NCBI GenBank assembly: GCA_963845755.1
Contig: CAWJTV010000036.1
Span: forward strand, 468,287-532,286
DNA from: an uncultured Planctomycetota bacterium
GTDB taxonomy: Bacteria; Planctomycetota; Planctomycetia; Isosphaerales; Isosphaeraceae
DNA length: 64,000 nt
Direction of reading: 5' to 3'
A program made the position numbers and the translations under genes. Shown here piece after piece: positions 58,966 to 64,000 of the stretch. Every line of letters starts with the position of its first letter. Position 1 is the stretch's first letter. The notes beneath the pieces are model-generated. The model was not told the origin of the DNA. It saw only the letters and a list, made by a program, of their open reading frames with translations, and did no database searches.

Positions 58966-61924
58966 ATGGCCGCACTGAATCCCAGACTCGCCGAACAGTT
59001 CGGCCGGTACCGGATCATCAAGCGGCTGGGCCAGGGCGGGATGGGCTCGGTCTACCTGGCCCAGGATACCCATCTCGAGCGCCCGGTGGCTCTGAAGGTG
59101 CCCGACTTCGGAGACCACGAAGCCCCCGAGGCGCGGAGACGGTTCCTGGAAGAGGCCCGCGCCGCCGCCACGCTCCACCACCCCTACCTTTGCCGCGTTT
59201 ACGACGCCGGCGAAATCGACGGACAGCTCTACTTGACGATGGCCTACATCGAGGGCCAGTCGCTGGCGGCGCTGATCGGCGACGCGGGCTGGCCGCAACA
59301 CCAGGTCGCGGCGCTGGTGGGCAAGCTCGCCCTGGCCTTGCAGGAGGCGCACGCGCGACGGGTCATCCACCGCGACCTGAAGCCGGCCAACGTGATGATC
59401 AGGACGACCGGCCAGCGGCGAGAGCCGGTGATCGTCAACTTCGGCCTGGCGCGGCGGGAGGATCCCCGGGAGCAGCGCCTGACTCGGTCGGGGCAGATCA
59501 TGGGCACGCTCGGCTACATGGCGCCGGAGCAGATCCGCGGCGACCTGGAGGCGATCGGGCCGTCGTGCGACATCTACGCGCTGGGAGTCATCCTCTACGA
59601 AATGCTGACCGGCCGGCTGCCGTTCGACGGTTCGGGATTGGCGGTGGCGGGCCAGATCCTGACCCAGGCGCCCTTGCCCCCTTCGAGGCATCGGAGCGAT
59701 CTGGACCCGGCCCTCGAGGCGATCTGCCTGAAGGCGATGGCCAAGGCGGTCGGGGACCGTTACACCTCAATGGCCGAGATGGCCGCGGCCTTGACGGGAT
59801 TTCTCCGATCCCCATCAGCGAGTCCAGCGCCGGCGGCACCCGCCGGTTCGCCTGCCGCGCCGTCGCCGGCTTCAGGTGAGCGGCCTCAGCCGACTGGGAG
59901 TAACTCTCTGGTGGGCCAGTTCCTCGCTGGGTTGGCCGAAAACAAGGCGTCGCCTCCTTCCATCCCGACTCCAGAGCCGGTCGCTTCTGCAACGCCGTTG
60001 CCCGAACGTCGCCGGCCAGTGTGGCCAATGATCGTCGCGGCGGGGGTGCTCGGTGTCATCTTGCTTTCTGCCTTTATCTATGTGGCCACCGAAAAGGCCC
60101 GCACAAAGAACAACGAGGATGATACTCGTGTTATTCCAATCGAAAAGGACGCGGCGACGGGATCAGGAATGCCAACCCTTCGGTCCGTTGGCTTCACGGA
60201 GAGCAACGACGGAAGCGCCGAGTCAGCGTTGGTGAAACAAACGGGTGGACAGCGTGAGCAAGCTGTGGTAGGCAGTCCCATTCCGCTTGTTAACGGTACC
60301 GGTACGGGCGATGCGGGAAGCGGCGGCGGAACGCGCGGCGACAACGTCGATCCCTCGCGCTATATCGACATACAGCTCATCGCTTCGTGCAGCGGTCCGC
60401 GAGGCGAGAGCTTCGACGGTGCGTGGTGGTCGGTCGCCGGTCCCAAATCGACGATCGAGCCGCACGGACCGGGCACCTTCTTCATGTCGAGCGGAGGCTA
60501 CCTTGGCACGGCCGCCCACGTGACCGGTACGAGATCTGGGGCGATCGAAGAATACGTCGCTTTCGGAATCAACATGCGTCGCGGCGGCCAGGGCCTCTTC
60601 GACGCCAGCCGGTATGACGGCATCTCTTTCTACGCCAAGGCGGACAAGCCGATGGAGATCGAGGTCGAGATGGGCCAGCAGAACACCGTCGCCTCTGGTT
60701 ACATTTGCCCCAAGTTGGCTGTGACCATCGGTACCGTATGGAGGCGGTTCGTCGTTCCGTTCGGCGCACTCCGTTCCGATCCCGTGCCTGGCGGGGGACG
60801 GGTGCCCGTGACCCTGGCGACCATCACGCAATTTGCGTTCAGAATGCCGCCCGGCGCGTTCGATTTCTGGGTTGAACGAGATCTACTTCGTGCGGGGCGT
60901 GGAGAAGGTCCCAGGAACCGTTCCGGGAGTTGCTGGGAGCACTGAGGGCAAGCCCTCGGGGCCGCTCGCCAACAGCCCAACCGAGAGCTCCGCTCCCGCA
61001 CCTGCGGGGAAGCTAGCAGTGCGTTCCGCCGCACCATCCGCGAAAGGGGCCCCTGCGAGCGATCCACCGAAGGCGATCGTCAACTCGATCGGGATGAGGC
61101 TGGTGCTCATCCCGGCTGGCACATTCCCCATGGGCTCGCCCGACGAGGACAAGGACGCGAGGGGCGACGAGACGCCGCAACACCCCGTGCGCATCACTCG
61201 GCCGTTCTACCTGGGCGTGAGCGAGGTGACCCGCGGCCAGTTCCGCCGGTTCGTCGATGACGCTGGCTATCGGACCGAAGCCGAGAAAGACGGCAAGGGG
61301 GGCTTGGGCTATAATGAGGAAACGAATAAGTGGGAGCAGAGCCCCCGATACACCTGGCGGAGCCCTGGATTCGAGCAAACGGACGAGCACCCCGTGGTGA
61401 ACGTGACCTGGAACGATGCGGTGGCCTTCGCGCAATGGTTGAGCCGTAAAGAGGGAAAGAGCTATCGGCTGCCGACGGAGGCCGAGTGGGAATATGCCTG
61501 CCGCGCAGGGACGACAACCCGCTTTACAAACGGTGACAACGCGGAAGGTCTAGCGGTGGTGGGTAATGTTAAGGATAGAACGGCCAAAGAGAAGTATCCG
61601 AATTGGAGCACGACAATTAGGGCGCGCGATGGTTATGTCTTCGCGGCGCCTGTGGGCCGGTTCCAACCCAACGCGTTCGGATTGTACGATATGCACGGCA
61701 ATGTTGGGGAGTGGTGCTCAGACGGCTATGACGTCGATTACTATCAGCAGTCACCCAGAGACGACCCGCAAGATGCCTTGGGGACATCGGACAGGGTGGT
61801 CCGGGGCGGCGGCTGGTACCAACTGCCCGGAAACAACCGTTCGGCGACTCGGTGGCACTGGCGCGCCGGGGCCCGGTACAGCCACCTCGGGTTCCGCGTG
61901 GCCTTGGTCTCGTCTGGTCCCTGA
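58966..61924 (+). CDS. Ser/Thr kinase-TM-carbohydrate-binding-like-FGE/SUMF1 multidomain protein (frameshift near 60875)
   Basis: Kinase highly similar to the upstream one; TM; DASRYDGISFYAK..WRRFVVPF..FDFWV (CBM11-like, inferred); FGE domain ending RGGGW..RSATR..LGFRV. Confidence 0.85.
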
Positions 61925-61961
61925 GTAGGGGATGGGAAGCCGTGGGCGGAGCCGGCGGCGA

Positions 61962-63394
61962 TCACGTGGCGAACGGGAGGAGCGCCCGGCGCATCTCCCG
62001 CAAGTTGGGGTATCGGGCCAGCGGATCGCGGGCCAGCGCCGATGGATGATCGCGGCCAACCCCTCGGGAAGGTCCGGGCGGCGGTCGCGGATCGGCACAG
62101 GGTCCTCGAGCAAGATCTTCATGATCTTCCCGTGGAGCTTCTTGGGAAAGTCGTAGATAAAGCAGTTGGTCAGAAAATTGTAAAGCGTCGCTGCCGTGCT
62201 GTACTGGTCGGCCGTGGGCTTGGTCGCGCGAGGGTCGTTGATCTGTTCGGGTGCCATGAATGGGGCCGTTCCGCCGCACTCGTTATTCGAGCTCAGTCCG
62301 CTCATCTTGCTCGTCAGGTAGATCCGGGCGAGGCCGAAATCGGAGAGCCTGACCGCGTCGCGGCCCCCTTCCTGCGCCACCAGCATGTTGGAAGGCTTGA
62401 CGTCGAGGTGGACGAAACCCTTGGCGTGGGCGTAATCCAGGGCCCGCAGTAACTGGCAGACCAGATCCACGGCGCGGGCGATCGGCAAGGGGCCACGCTG
62501 CTGGCTCAGCAGATGGGCCGCATCGGTCCCCGCCACATAGTCCATCACGAAATACAGGAGTCCGTTGGACTCGCCCAATTCATGGAAGGCGACGATGTTC
62601 GGGTGATCCAGTTCGCTCAATATCCGCGCCTCGCGGAGGAAGCGGTCAATCTCTACCGGCGTGGGATCGACGGCTGGTTTGATCGTCTTGATCGCCACGA
62701 GCCCACCGTCGGCCGTGCGAACGGCCTGGTAGACAACCCCCATGCCGCCCCGGCCCAGCTCGCGGACGACCTGGTAGCCCGGGATGGGCTGGGGATGGTT
62801 GCCAATCCGTCCCTGGCAGGCCGGGCAGAGCGAGATCGCGTTGACATTCGCATTCTGCCCCCCCGAACCACCCACCCCAATCTCGCCCTCGGCAAGGCCA
62901 TCCCCACAGAGTCGGCAACCGCGCGGGGCCTTTTCAGCCGGTCGTGGCCGCAACGGATAATCCGCCGTCGAAAGCGGTTGTCCGGAAGGGGCGGCGATTG
63001 GCACGGCGTGTGGACCGGGCGGGAAGGAGGAGTCGAACGCCGTGGCCCCTCGAGCCAGGATCGTCTCGGTGGTTGACATCAGGGGCTCATCACGGCCGAT
63101 CACCGAGACGAGCAGGGTCGTTTTACCCGCTGTGATCAGATCGCCGTCCTTGAGGTCGGCCATGGCGACCTTCTGGCCGTTGACCCTGGTCCCGTTGGTG
63201 CTTTCCATGTCGGTCAGACGGCACTGGGGCGGGTTCATCTCGATCATGAAGTGGATGCGCGAGATACTGTCATCCTTGACTGCAAGCCGGAAGTTGGCGC
63301 GTTCCGACCGACCGACGATAAAATTCGCGCGTTCCTCGAACTCGAAGACCTGGCCTACGTGCGGGCCCGCTTTTACCGTGAGGTTGATGCGCAT
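61962..63394 (-). CDS. FHA-domain Ser/Thr kinase (frameshift near 62040)
   Basis: FHA motifs IVGRS, ISRIH and DMESTNGT; CxxC region; ELGRGGMGVVY, VAIK, HLDVKPSN, SDFGLAR and FMAPEQ. Confidence 0.9.
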
Positions 63395-63571
63395 AGCCCC
63401 TAATCCGCCAGCTTTAGGAGTTCACACCATGCAGGATGACAAACATTTAATATTTCCATTGATGGCAGACTTGTCAAGCCGATCGAGGTCCTAGGCAGGG
63501 CTGTTGACTGTTTCATTCTGGGCGGGTACGAGAATCTTTCGTCGATCAGGAGACCGTGCACCACGGAAGTG

Positions 63572-63670
63572 CTGGCCCAACTCCAGCTCGATCTTCTCGA
63601 AGCACGAGCCCTCGAGGATCTCCGCTTGGAGGGCAGAAGCCCAAGTCGTTCGCCGACGACACGCGGCAGG
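63572..63670 (+). pseudogene. Remnant of an Rpn C-terminal cassette and its downstream spacer
   Basis: LAQLQLDLLEARALEDLRLEG followed by aagcccaagtcgttcgccgacgac, matching about 45650-45745. Confidence 0.75.
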
Positions 63671-63965
63671 AACGCTCGGCAGTCTGGGTGGCAGAATCAT
63701 CACGCAGGATCTGGAACGCGGACCGTGAGAGCGGACACAGCGCCTGAGACCACCCTGAGGACACGGACACGATGGTAGCCGGGCTCTGCGTTCGCTTCGC
63801 AGTCCCCATCGTGGCCTCGCGGATGGCCTGGATGACCAAACCCCGGAGAGAAACCAAGCTGCCAGGAACCGATCCTGGTCGCATGACGTGTCGTCTCGCT
63901 CCCGAACGACTTGCGAGTGGTTCGTCCGTTCCGGCCTTCGGGATTTGGTGCCACGGGAGTCGATC

Positions 63966-64000
63966 ATGCCGCAGCCTGCCGGTCCGGATCACGACCAGCG
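63966..64000 (+). CDS. 5' end of a second Rpn-like gene copy (runs off the window)
   Basis: atgccgcagcctgccggtccggatcacgaccagcg is identical to 44462-44496. The upstream ~100 bp is also homologous to about 44350-44460. Confidence 0.8.
   Translation, partial: MPQPAGPDHDQ

Noticed and set aside
58780..61924. FGE/C-type-lectin-fold C-termini as targets of a diversity-generating retroelement
   Set aside because: No reverse transcriptase and no AAC-rich template repeat differing only at adenines were found in the window. The two C-termini differ broadly. A remote template elsewhere cannot be excluded.

Overview
High-GC bacterial DNA, most likely a planctomycete of the Isosphaeraceae type. This is inferred from LEPRxLL-type N-termini, a PEP-CTERM protein, an ECF-kinase pair, kinase-FGE fusions and heptamer/REP repeats. 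Positions 1-44 kb are mostly core genes: rtcB, a uvrA paralog, queC, rpmA-obgE-coaX, nagB-like, lpxI-lpxD, tsaD, ctpA, a stand-alone fusA paralog and lipB-lipA. Embedded among them are an orphan TolC followed by three paralogous uncharacterised LEPRxLL proteins, a SctK-like/SctQ(FliN)-like pair, a tandem duplication of a polysaccharide-export gene and a ParE-type toxin-antitoxin pair. Positions 44-64 kb are accessory. They start with an Rpn-like (PD-(D/E)XK + DUF4351-like) gene followed by tandem copies of its own C-terminal cassette, each with an RBS and ATG. Then come ECF/kinase, PEP-CTERM, NHL and modular kinase-FGE genes, and finally another Rpn tail and a second Rpn copy. Many genes carry single indels and Asp-to-Asn changes at GTCGAC-derived sites, which look like long-read, methylation-linked errors rather than true pseudogenes. 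No rRNA, tRNA, CRISPR array or reverse transcriptase was seen. All family assignments come from motif recognition, not database searches.
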